From a virus: DNA of 33,075 nt. Under the pieces are notes generated by a model. It did no database searches and had not been told where the DNA came from. It saw only the letters and a list, made by a program, of their open reading frames with translations. Where the stretch lies: IMG/VR virus record IMGVR_UViG_3300043442_000189, one strand, 5' to 3'. Position numbers and translations under genes: made by a program. Numbering within the stretch: the first letter of the stretch is position 1; each line of letters starts with the position of its first letter. This document shows, one piece after another, positions 1 to 8,990 of this stretch.

Positions 1-2
1 CT

Positions 3-221
3 AAAATGCGTTACTTGATTCCTGTTAGTGAACTTGTAAAGGTGACAGCTCCGTCAAAGTTTAATGCGGCGGCGAGTTTGAAAGTAACAGAGTTTGATGA
101 TTTCTCAAACTTGTTGCAAGATGACGCGCCCATGTCTGAGATGACAATCAAAGATCTTGCTGCTATTTTGTTGAAGAAACCGATTAGTAACAAGAAGTGG
201 TTGAACGATTTAGTTAAGTAA
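3..221 (+). CDS. Hypothetical phage protein, probably the 3' part of a gene starting before the window
   Basis: The frame is open from position 3 (AAA ATG CGT...) and ends at TAA 219-221, 14 nt before the ATPase gene. Confidence 0.7.
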   Translation, partial: KMRYLIPVSELVKVTAPSKFNAAASLKVTEFDDFSNLLQDDAPMSEMTIKDLAAILLKKPISNKKWLNDLVK

Positions 222-235
222 TAAATAATAAAACA

Positions 236-979
236 ATGGAGATTATATTACCAACAGCAAAGGTTGCTGCGGAACACACGAGTCCAAAGAACCTGATCAT
301 TTTTTCAAAACCAAAAACCGGTAAGACTACCTTACTATCTCAATTAGACAACTGTTTAATACTTGACCTTGAGAAAGGTTCAAAGTATGTAGATGCGATG
401 AAGATAGAAGCTAGTAGTGTAGAGGAAATTAAGCATATCGGAAAAGCTATTAAGGATGCCGATAATCCTTATAAGTACGTTGCTGTCGACACCATCACTG
501 CATTAGAAGAGATGTGTGTTCCGTATGCGGAAGAATTGTATATGAAAACCCCTATGGGTAAGAACTGGTTGACAGAAGGTAAAACTAAATATGGTAACAT
601 ATTGAGTCTACCTAACGGCGCTGGTTATCCTTATTTGAGAGAGGCGTTTACAAAGGTTGTGAATTATATTCAAACCTGGGCACCTAGAACTATTCTAGTA
701 GGTCACGTAAAAGATACTATGCTTGAGAAGAATGGTTCCGAGTTTAACTCTTTGGATTTAGATTTAACTGGTAAGTTAAAGAGAATCACTGCGTCTAACT
801 CTGACTCTATTGGTTACTTGTATCGTAAAGGTAAGAAGAACATTATTAGTTTCAAGACCTCTGATGAAGTAGCATGTGGAGCAAGACCTGCACACTTAAG
901 TAACAAAGAAATAGTTTTGTCTGAAATGCAAGAAGACGGAACAATAACAGTTAACTGGCAAGAAATTTACATTGATTAA
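236..979 (+). CDS. AAA_24/Sak4-like P-loop ATPase (putative recombination/annealing protein)
   Basis: Walker A SKPKTGKTT, LILDLEKGS, Walker B VAVDTIT and ILVGH; followed by an SSB-like gene, the usual Sak4 context. Confidence 0.8.
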   Translation: MEIILPTAKVAAEHTSPKNLIIFSKPKTGKTTLLSQLDNCLILDLEKGSKYVDAMKIEASSVEEIKHIGKAIKDADNPYKYVAVDTITALEEMCVPYAEELYMKTPMGKNWLTEGKTKYGNILSLPNGAGYPYLREAFTKVVNYIQTWAPRTILVGHVKDTMLEKNGSEFNSLDLDLTGKLKRITASNSDSIGYLYRKGKKNIISFKTSDEVACGARPAHLSNKEIVLSEMQEDGTITVNWQEIYID

Positions 980-990
980 AATTAAGAAAA

Positions 991-1674
991 ATGATTAGCA
1001 CAAAAGATCTAAAAAGTTCAGAAGGTACATCGTTACCAAAAGTTATCGGTCCTGGTAACGTAGAAGTTAAAATCAACAGCATCACATTGGAAGCACCTGC
1101 TTATGACAAGAATGCTTACAACTTGGTTATGAATGTAGAAACTCAACCTATTGAAGGGTTTGAAGGTTTCTATATCAACAAAGACAATCCAGAATTGGGT
1201 CGCCACTTGGGTCAAGTTGGTAAAGTAAAGACTTCCGAGTATGCTTACAAAGATGGTACTACTAAGACTGGTATTTCTGTATCTCGTGATATGGATATCT
1301 TGAAAGCATTGCAGAATATCTGTCGTGTTGTAGATAAGCTCAACTGGATGGAAGACAACGATAGCAAACATGAGACTATTGAAGATTATGTAGCAGCATT
1401 TAACAGTGATGCTCCCTTCAAAGATGTGCTTGTTAGAATGTGTGTTGGTGGCAAAGAGTATCAGAATCGTGAGGGTTATACTAACTATGACATGTTCTTG
1501 GTTAGAAACCAACGTGGTTCTTACAACATGGAGAACGCAAATGTTGCTGATTCTAAACTAATTAAGTTTGATGCTGATCTTCATATTAAGAAGAAGAAAG
1601 TTGAGAACGTTGATTCTTTTGGTAGCGGCAGTGTTGCAACATCGTCTTCAGTAGGTTCTGATTTCGAATTGTAA
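991..1674 (+). CDS. Putative single-stranded DNA-binding protein
   Basis: Lies between the ATPase and the primase; beta-rich N-terminus; flexible Ser/Gly-rich tail ending in SDFEL; followed by a terminator. Confidence 0.55.
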   Translation: MISTKDLKSSEGTSLPKVIGPGNVEVKINSITLEAPAYDKNAYNLVMNVETQPIEGFEGFYINKDNPELGRHLGQVGKVKTSEYAYKDGTTKTGISVSRDMDILKALQNICRVVDKLNWMEDNDSKHETIEDYVAAFNSDAPFKDVLVRMCVGGKEYQNREGYTNYDMFLVRNQRGSYNMENANVADSKLIKFDADLHIKKKKVENVDSFGSGSVATSSSVGSDFEL

Positions 1675-1690
1675 TTTAAGTTTAACGATA

Positions 1691-1718
1691 AGAGGGGGAG
1701 TTTTGCTCCCCCTTTTTT
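1691..1718 (+). terminator. Rho-independent terminator
   Basis: Stem AGGGGGAG / CTCCCCCT with a TTTTG loop, running into a T6 tract just after the SSB stop codon. Confidence 0.85.
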
Positions 1719-1730
1719 ATCTCTACGTTT

Positions 1731-2705
1731 ATGATAAGTTCTAAAGTTCTTGTGTCTAGTTATGATGATGTTCCGGATTACTGGATGTTTGAGCATTATT
1801 GTAATCTAAACGAAAAATTAATTGGTCAAGATGTAAAGATCAAATCTGTATTTAATCCTACAGAACGTACTGCAAGTTTCTGTATCTATCGTAAAGATGA
1901 GAATTATCTGTTCAAAGATTTCTCATCAGGTAGAGGCGGTTCACCTATAAATCTAGTAATGGATCTATATGGTATAACATTTCCGGAAGCTGTCAACAAA
2001 GTAGTAAAAGATTATCGTGAGTTTCTACACACAGGTACTACTGATGATATGCGTACGTTCAAGAAGATGGCGAAGTACAAGATTGTAGATTTCTCTAAGC
2101 GCTCCTGGACTAAAGGTGATGCAAGTTTTTGGACTCAGTTTGACATTGATTCAGAAACACTAGAGAGATACAATGTATTTCCTGTTGGTGATTATTCTAT
2201 GGAGAAGCAGGATGAAGATATGGTTAAACACTTGTCTATTACTGGTCCGTACTTGTATGCTTATACAAGACTAGATGGTAGTATCTACAAGATGTATCAA
2301 CCGATGAATCCTGATCATAAGTTTCTAAAAGTCAAGAATTATATTCAAGGTACAGATCAGCTAAAGTTTGAGAAACCAAATCTCATTATATGCAGTTCAC
2401 TCAAGGATCTTATGTCACTATCTAAGTTTGGATTCAATGCTGAATTCGTAGCGCCGGATAGTGAGAATACAGTTATCCCACAAGGTGCAATTAGCATATA
2501 CAAAAGCAAGTATCAGAATATCATCACTTTGTTTGATAATGATGACGCCGGTAGAAAAGCTATGAGTAAATACGAATCTACTTATGGTATTCCTAGTGTT
2601 GTATTACCACTTAGTAAGGATCTATCTGATTCTGTTAGAGACCACGGTTTAGTTAAGACAAGAGAAGTATTATATCCATTATTAAAAGAAGCAATAAGTA
2701 AATGA
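1731..2705 (+). CDS. dnaG: DnaG-family DNA primase (crAss-type)
   Basis: N-terminal degenerate CHC2-like region (SVFN...SF.IY...FKDFSSGRGG); TOPRIM motifs IICSSLKD and LFDNDDAG; C-terminal KDLSD. Confidence 0.8.
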   Translation: MISSKVLVSSYDDVPDYWMFEHYCNLNEKLIGQDVKIKSVFNPTERTASFCIYRKDENYLFKDFSSGRGGSPINLVMDLYGITFPEAVNKVVKDYREFLHTGTTDDMRTFKKMAKYKIVDFSKRSWTKGDASFWTQFDIDSETLERYNVFPVGDYSMEKQDEDMVKHLSITGPYLYAYTRLDGSIYKMYQPMNPDHKFLKVKNYIQGTDQLKFEKPNLIICSSLKDLMSLSKFGFNAEFVAPDSENTVIPQGAISIYKSKYQNIITLFDNDDAGRKAMSKYESTYGIPSVVLPLSKDLSDSVRDHGLVKTREVLYPLLKEAISK

Positions 2706-3124
2706 GTTGGATTTATAAAGGTGTAGTATTTACACCTGAGATGATACCTGAAGGTGCTGTTGGTTTCATATATGAAATGACAGCAATCATAGACGGTAAG
2801 TCTGTGGCTTATATAGGTAAAAAGAACTTTGCATTAGTTACCAAAAAGAAACTTGCAAAGAAAAACGCACCTGTAGATAAGCGTAAAAAAAACTATGTGA
2901 AGACTTCTAAGTTAAACTATGAGAACTACTTTAGTAGTAATGTGGTACTTAAGCAAGCTCACAAAGATAAAATTCCTATTAAGAGGAACATCTTACACAT
3001 ATGTTATTCTAAAACAGAACTAACATACATGGAAACAAAGTATCAGTTTGTCAAGGGTGTACTAGAATCAGATTATTATCTGAATGGTAATATCCTAGGA
3101 CGTTTTTATAAACAAAAATATTAA
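2702..3124 (+). CDS. GIY-YIG family endonuclease (stand-alone, endonuclease II-like)
   Basis: GFIYEMT...AYIGKK, a conserved Glu in LTYMET and YLNGNI; ATGA overlap with the primase stop. Confidence 0.7.
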   Translation: MSWIYKGVVFTPEMIPEGAVGFIYEMTAIIDGKSVAYIGKKNFALVTKKKLAKKNAPVDKRKKNYVKTSKLNYENYFSSNVVLKQAHKDKIPIKRNILHICYSKTELTYMETKYQFVKGVLESDYYLNGNILGRFYKQKY

Positions 3125-3128
3125 TCGT

Positions 3129-3488
3129 ATGAATTTATTTGATGATGATTTAGAAAAAGCAGCATTTTTCTCTGGACTAAAAGATTTAGGTGTTGAGAAA
3201 TTAGTTGCAGAATATAGTGGGTCAGGAGACTCTGGTAGTATAGATACTGTATATGCTGAAAGTACTGAAGGTGATCATATAGACCTTGATGATTTTCATG
3301 ACCGTGTAGAAAACTTTATGTATGAAATCTTAACTACTAAGTATGTCTATGACTGGTACAACAATGATGGTGGTAGTGGTACTGTTTACTTTAACATTAA
3401 TACTTTAGAGTATGATGTTCATGGTTATGTAGTGGAATCTAGAGAAGCATTTCAAAGTGGTGAGCTTGATATAGATGAAATAAACTAA
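3129..3488 (+). CDS. Acidic protein, DUF6878-like
   Basis: Motifs YSGSGDSG and DWYNNDGGSG; adjacent to a DUF6915-like gene. Confidence 0.6.
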   Translation: MNLFDDDLEKAAFFSGLKDLGVEKLVAEYSGSGDSGSIDTVYAESTEGDHIDLDDFHDRVENFMYEILTTKYVYDWYNNDGGSGTVYFNINTLEYDVHGYVVESREAFQSGELDIDEIN

Positions 3489-3489
3489 T

Positions 3490-3837
3490 ATGGCACATCC
3501 TTATGATCATGCACGTTCTAGTGCAAAAAAATGGGGAGGACATCCTGAAGAATATATGTTTATACACCAATGGTTTGATGAAACTAAAGCATGGGTTGGT
3601 CATTCTGATCACCGTATGTTTAGACATCATTCAGAAGGTATATTTCAAGCAGAAGAAATCTTTGGTGAGTACTTCACAAACACAGTAGGTAAGAAAGTAA
3701 TGGTTCGCTATGTAGGTGAACAACATGTAAAAGAGGATTGTAATAACTACATACCCTCAGCAAAGGAGTGGATACTCGCAATGAAGTCTAATGAACATCC
3801 TCTATGGATGATTAAAACAATGAAGATAGATGACTAA
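3490..3837 (+). CDS. His-rich protein, DUF6915-like
   Basis: MAHPYDHARSSAKKWGG, IHQWFDETK, HRMFRHHSEGIF and GEQHVKED. Confidence 0.65.
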   Translation: MAHPYDHARSSAKKWGGHPEEYMFIHQWFDETKAWVGHSDHRMFRHHSEGIFQAEEIFGEYFTNTVGKKVMVRYVGEQHVKEDCNNYIPSAKEWILAMKSNEHPLWMIKTMKIDD

Positions 3838-4333
3838 AAGTTTAGATGAGATGATTATTCTCAATGATTCTACGTATGACAGAGTATTGGATATGTTGTG
3901 TAGTCCTGATAAGGACAATGTTCAAGTTGCTGTTAGTATTATTGAAGCTGTAGATTTTCAAAAGAATGCTCCGTATATCTTATTGCTTGCAAAAGATGCA
4001 GAAGCAAAACTAAAAAGAGATAATAATCCTTTTAGAGCAGAGTTATTTGGTGAAGGAGATATAGAAACTACTCCAGGTTCATCTAGTTTTAATACTAATA
4101 TTAGAACTATGATACAAGCATGTACTAATCAAGCTGATAAGTTAAACTACAATGCTATGTACGAAGAACTTACCAGAATGAATACTGATGCTGTTGCTAT
4201 GAACTTCTTCTTAGGAAGATTTGCAGATGCATTAAAGGATCACCTTCTACAATGGGGTTTCACATTTGTAAAAACTATGGACTTAAAATTAATACCACAT
4301 GACAAAACAAGATTCGCTGGCGAAGGTCAGTAA
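3830..4333 (+). CDS. Hypothetical helical protein; paralogue A of a three-member family
   Basis: Residues 10-55 align without gaps to internal segments of ORFs 6689..7861 and 7827..8990. Confidence 0.8.
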   Translation: MTKSLDEMIILNDSTYDRVLDMLCSPDKDNVQVAVSIIEAVDFQKNAPYILLLAKDAEAKLKRDNNPFRAELFGEGDIETTPGSSSFNTNIRTMIQACTNQADKLNYNAMYEELTRMNTDAVAMNFFLGRFADALKDHLLQWGFTFVKTMDLKLIPHDKTRFAGEGQ

Positions 4334-5489
4334 AGAACTAATGCTTAAAGAACCATTCTATGGTTTGCTTATACTCAGCTTAAATAAGGTGTGGGACAAG
4401 AGAGTCCCCACCGCTGGTGTAAGTAAGAATGGAGTGAACTTTCAGCTTACTATTAATGAAGACTTTTGGAATTCTCTCAGTGATAATCATAAGAGAGGGT
4501 TACTTAAGCATGAGTTATTGCATATTGGTTTCTTCCACATTCAGTGTCAAGATGAATTTCAAAATAAGAAAGTAGCAAACATTGCTATGGATATTGAGAT
4601 TAATCAGTACATTGATCCGGATGATTTACCAGAAGGAGGATGTACTCTAGAGTCATTCTCGGAATATAATCTACCACCTAAAGCAGGTTGTCGAGAGTAT
4701 TACAAACTCTTGATGAAAGCTATGGAAGAAGAACAACAATCTGGTAAAGGTGGTAAGATATCTGACATGGCGAGTATGGGTGAAGGTGAGTCATATGGTG
4801 ACGGTACCATTAATCCTGATCACGATACATGGAAAGATTTTGAAGATTTGTCTGAAGCAGAAAAGAAATTGCTTGAATCACAGACAGCACACATTCTTAA
4901 AGAAATTGCAGAAGCTGTAGAGAAATCTAGGGGTACAATTCCCGGAGAGTTTCAAGGTATTATTGAAAGACTTAGACACGTAGAACCACCAAAGTTTGAC
5001 TGGCGTAGTTATGTCAGAAGATTTGCAGGTGGATCTAATGAGATCTTTACCAAGAAACTAAGACGTAAAGACAACAGAAGATTTGAAGAAAATCCTGGTC
5101 TTAAGATTAAAAACAAGAGACACTTGTTAGTTGCTATAGATACCAGCGGTTCTGTAAGTGATAAAGAAGTTAAGGAATTCCTTAATGAGATACATCACAT
5201 ACATAAAACTGGTAGTGAAGTAACTGTCTTACAGTGTGATACTACTATTAGAAGTATTGAGAAGTTTAAACCTAACCAAGACATTGTGTTACATGGTCGT
5301 GGAGGTACTGACTTTGATCCAGTTCTAGAGTATTACAATGAGAATACAAGAAAGTATACGTGCATGTTCTATCTAACAGATGGTGAATGTAGCACTAGTG
5401 TAAAACCAAGAGGTAAAATGTTATGGGTAATCTCTACCCGTGGTGAAATTAACGACGGTCTTCCAGGACCACAAATCAAGTTGAATTAA
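4299..5489 (+). CDS. DUF2201-type protein: N-terminal HExxH metallopeptidase-like domain plus C-terminal VWA domain
   Basis: LKHELLH and NIAMDIEIN; MIDAS-type AIDTSGS, GRGGTDF and YLTDG. Confidence 0.85.
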   Translation: MTKQDSLAKVSKELMLKEPFYGLLILSLNKVWDKRVPTAGVSKNGVNFQLTINEDFWNSLSDNHKRGLLKHELLHIGFFHIQCQDEFQNKKVANIAMDIEINQYIDPDDLPEGGCTLESFSEYNLPPKAGCREYYKLLMKAMEEEQQSGKGGKISDMASMGEGESYGDGTINPDHDTWKDFEDLSEAEKKLLESQTAHILKEIAEAVEKSRGTIPGEFQGIIERLRHVEPPKFDWRSYVRRFAGGSNEIFTKKLRRKDNRRFEENPGLKIKNKRHLLVAIDTSGSVSDKEVKEFLNEIHHIHKTGSEVTVLQCDTTIRSIEKFKPNQDIVLHGRGGTDFDPVLEYYNENTRKYTCMFYLTDGECSTSVKPRGKMLWVISTRGEINDGLPGPQIKLN

Positions 5490-5501
5490 AAAATTAAAGA
5501 A

Positions 5502-6689
5502 ATGGCTAAGCAAGTACAATTAAACACAGATGAGTTAAAGCAGTTTGTATCTCACGTTGTAAACAATAACAAGTATCTACAGGAAAACGGTAAGATTCCT
5601 GTAGCTGTAAATATTGAAGGTGAAGCAGGTATCGGTAAGACTACCACTATTCTGCAGTTCACAAAGGATAATAACATGGACTATGTAAAGTTATCTTTGA
5701 GTCAGCTCGAGGAGTTGGGTGACTTGGTAGGTTTTCCTATTAAGGAATTCCAAGTTACTAAGACTACTGATGATGGTCAGAAGGTTACTAAGTGGATTCC
5801 CGAGAATGTTATGCCTATGTATATCCAGCAGAAGTATGTACCTACTGGAGAAAAGCGTATGACTCACGCAGCACCAGAGTGGATTCAAGGTAAAGGAGAG
5901 AATGGTCTCTTGATTCTTGACGACTATACTCGTGCAGATGCTAGATTCATGCAAGCTACTATGGAGATCATTGATCGTCAAGAGTATGTATCATGGAAGT
6001 TACCAAAAGGATGGACTGTTATCCTAACTAGTAATCCTGATAATGGTGACTATCAAGTTACATCTCTTGATGAGGCACAGAAGACTCGCTTTATCACAAG
6101 CTATTTGAAGTTTGATCTTGAGTGTTGGGCACGTTGGGCAGAGGAGAATGAGATCGACACTCGTTGTATTAACTTCATGTTGTTGCACCCAGAGTTGACA
6201 GAGAAGCGTGCTAACGCGCGTAGCTTCACTACATTCTTTAACTCTATCTCTAGTTTGGAAAGCTTTGAAGAAAGTCTTCCTATTATCCAGATGATTGGTG
6301 AAGGTTCTGTAGGTGGTGAGTTTGCTACTATGTTTACTATGTTCATTAACAACAAGTTAGATAAGTTGGTAACTCCTAAAGATGTATTGACTAACAACAG
6401 TTGGGAATATATCAAAGGACAACTTAAGTCTTGTATTGGTGAAGGTAATAACTACCGTGCAGATATCGCTAGCTTGATGACTACTCGTCTTATTAACTAT
6501 GCTGTGCACTATTCTAATAACAACACAGTAACTCAACCAATGATTGACCGTATTACTAATTTGATTACAGAAGATATCTTCAGTAATGATCTTAAGTATT
6601 ACATGGTTAAGGGTATCCTTAATGGTAACAAGCAGAAGTTCACCAAGCTTATGCTTAATCCAGAAGTTATTAAAATGACTGTAAAGTAA
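5502..6689 (+). CDS. MoxR-like AAA+ ATPase
   Basis: Walker A GEAGIGKT, Walker B LILDDYTRAD, sensor ILTSNP, arginine finger LDEAQKTRF and ARSF; adjacent to a VWA protein. Confidence 0.85.
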   Translation: MAKQVQLNTDELKQFVSHVVNNNKYLQENGKIPVAVNIEGEAGIGKTTTILQFTKDNNMDYVKLSLSQLEELGDLVGFPIKEFQVTKTTDDGQKVTKWIPENVMPMYIQQKYVPTGEKRMTHAAPEWIQGKGENGLLILDDYTRADARFMQATMEIIDRQEYVSWKLPKGWTVILTSNPDNGDYQVTSLDEAQKTRFITSYLKFDLECWARWAEENEIDTRCINFMLLHPELTEKRANARSFTTFFNSISSLESFEESLPIIQMIGEGSVGGEFATMFTMFINNKLDKLVTPKDVLTNNSWEYIKGQLKSCIGEGNNYRADIASLMTTRLINYAVHYSNNNTVTQPMIDRITNLITEDIFSNDLKYYMVKGILNGNKQKFTKLMLNPEVIKMTVK

Positions 6690-7861
6690 TGCAAAGAAAC
6701 ATCCATAAACCTTTTAGTGATCCCAGTATCCCAACCAAACTAAGGTTTGTTGAGATGACTGGTAAATATGTGTACATGCTAACACCAGGTACATATGTTA
6801 GTAACATAGAAGTTGCGGATGTATGTGTAATATCAGAAGCTAGTTTCGGTAAAATGGTATCATTCCTTAAGGGGGATGATACCTTTACCCCTACTAAGGG
6901 AGATAAGTTATATATACTTCCCGACTCTAAAATTCCTGGTTATAAAATCAAGGAGTATTGTAGATCTAAAGAAATATCTATTGTAACAGATATAGAAAAG
7001 GCAACCTGTATATTAGGTACGGAGAAGAACATGTTTGAAGATGGAGACTATGATACATACAAGTATCAGATTCCAGACGCATGCTTTGCATCTAAAGGTG
7101 ACTATAAAGTTCTAGGTTATGATGAAAAGACTCTTGAGTTTATTAAACAAAAGAATACTTTTCAAACTTTTGATGTAGAACCTGAGACTAAGATAGGACC
7201 CACAGACAACATACTTATATCTGGTGCATTGATATATGAGTTCAACCAATCTACTTACGCATCTACTATTTCTGAAAAGAAGACAGGATACTTGATGACG
7301 GCAGATGGTGTTGAACTTGTATATAATATCCTATCTAGAAAGTTACCGGTTATTACACAAGAGCATTTTATTGCTACGTGTTCTGATCAAGTTGCTTTTG
7401 ATGAGCAGATGTTTGATGCTTTAGATATGATGTATAGCAGTCCATCTGATGAAGATAGTCTGACAGCATCTAAAATTTTATTTAATACTGATTGTAGTAA
7501 GTCTATTTATCTTTTATGGAAGCTTGTTAAGAAACACTATTATCATATTACTAATAGTGAAAACAGGAGACTAAAAGAAGGTAGGCTATTTATAGACAGT
7601 AACGATGTGCATATATTGTATAACTGCAATAACATGGAGATCTTATCTCTCCTTACAAATAAAGATCAGGTAACTCAAAAACTTTATAATGAGCTCATGT
7701 CAAAGATTCTTATAGATACTATAGATAATGTTGACTGTAGATTTGATGACAGATCTCATCTATTAAACATACAAGTTACCGCTAAAGATACATTTGAAGA
7801 ATACGCAAAAAAATACAATTTAACCAATGTTCAAGTACAAGACAGTAAAGATTCTGAATGA
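6689..7861 (+). CDS. Hypothetical protein; paralogue B (BRCT-like segment plus shared helical motif)
   Basis: 390-aa ORF coupled to the ATPase by TAATG; shares two segments with ORF 7827..8990. Confidence 0.8.
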   Translation: MQRNIHKPFSDPSIPTKLRFVEMTGKYVYMLTPGTYVSNIEVADVCVISEASFGKMVSFLKGDDTFTPTKGDKLYILPDSKIPGYKIKEYCRSKEISIVTDIEKATCILGTEKNMFEDGDYDTYKYQIPDACFASKGDYKVLGYDEKTLEFIKQKNTFQTFDVEPETKIGPTDNILISGALIYEFNQSTYASTISEKKTGYLMTADGVELVYNILSRKLPVITQEHFIATCSDQVAFDEQMFDALDMMYSSPSDEDSLTASKILFNTDCSKSIYLLWKLVKKHYYHITNSENRRLKEGRLFIDSNDVHILYNCNNMEILSLLTNKDQVTQKLYNELMSKILIDTIDNVDCRFDDRSHLLNIQVTAKDTFEEYAKKYNLTNVQVQDSKDSE

Positions 7862-8990
7862 TATAAATATTCAGGATGGTAGAATTCATAGTGTAGATAC
7901 TCAAGATGTAGAAGTTGTAGACCACGATAGATACTGGGGTTTTCAAAACTACATGAAAGATGAATATAAAAAGTTTACAGCTGATAGAAAGTTGGACTTG
8001 ACTAATGTAAAAACTATTTTCTTTACACCTAAATGTGATGTATCTAGAGAGAAACTTAGAAGTCTCCTGGATAAACATAACATGAAAGTTACAAGAGACT
8101 CTAGCAAAGCAGATGTAATTATTACTAATGCAAAATACTTTGCTGATATGATTCCTTTTGGAAGCTGTAATAAAATTAAAGGTTTTGATGATGTAAATAT
8201 TCAAAGTAAAGCTTTCGTAAATCCTACTGATATCAATAATATCATGCATTGCCATGTACAAGATGCGATTAGAAATGTAATGCTTGTTACTCTTGATAGA
8301 AAGTATTTTAGCAGAAATGGTTGGTCCGATAGATTCTTTGACTTTAGCGGTAGCATTTCTATTATTAAGAAGTCTGATCTAGATAACAATGAGCTCTTTC
8401 AGAATATAGTTAATGGTACAGGTAATGTATATGATCAACAAGTTATCTTAGACTTGATGGGTGAATCTATTATTGATAGATCAGCTTTTGAAGGATTAGA
8501 TGCTATGCTCAAGAGTACTGATTCTAGTAATCATACTGTAGCTATGACTATTATTGCTAACTGTAACTATCAAAAGAGTTTAATATATATCTTAGAACTA
8601 TGTCGTAGACACAACAGAACTATGTGGGATAACTCAGTTCGTAAGACTGTAGGTTTCAAAGGTTTTATTAATTACATGGGTGGAAATATGAGATACCAAC
8701 TACGTATGGACTATGATGATATCTTTAGGACAGTACTAGATAAAGATGCTGTTACTCAAGATACTATTGATTTCTTATATGAGTTAGGTGCTGAAGAGTT
8801 TAGTGCTAGTAGTGATAACATTACTTTTACTAGTTATAGATTCACAGATAGTGCAATGAAAAAATTACAATCAAAATTAAAAACAGATGACGACGGATTT
8901 CCAAGCGGAGGAGAGGTTCTACAGCAAGAAGTTTCAGTTCAGCTACAGCAGTCTGAACAAACTGATGTTTGTACCGAACACATTTTATAA
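7827..8990 (+). CDS. Hypothetical protein; paralogue C (BRCT-like segment plus shared helical motif)
   Basis: 387-aa ORF with TIFFTPKCDVSREKLRSLLDKHNMKVTRDSSKADVII; shared motif at 8469-8606. Confidence 0.8.
   Translation: MFKYKTVKILNDINIQDGRIHSVDTQDVEVVDHDRYWGFQNYMKDEYKKFTADRKLDLTNVKTIFFTPKCDVSREKLRSLLDKHNMKVTRDSSKADVIITNAKYFADMIPFGSCNKIKGFDDVNIQSKAFVNPTDINNIMHCHVQDAIRNVMLVTLDRKYFSRNGWSDRFFDFSGSISIIKKSDLDNNELFQNIVNGTGNVYDQQVILDLMGESIIDRSAFEGLDAMLKSTDSSNHTVAMTIIANCNYQKSLIYILELCRRHNRTMWDNSVRKTVGFKGFINYMGGNMRYQLRMDYDDIFRTVLDKDAVTQDTIDFLYELGAEEFSASSDNITFTSYRFTDSAMKKLQSKLKTDDDGFPSGGEVLQQEVSVQLQQSEQTDVCTEHIL

Noticed and set aside
2702-3124. Mobile homing endonuclease
   Set aside because: It has a catalytic domain only, no NUMOD/HTH DNA-binding extension, and does not interrupt a gene.
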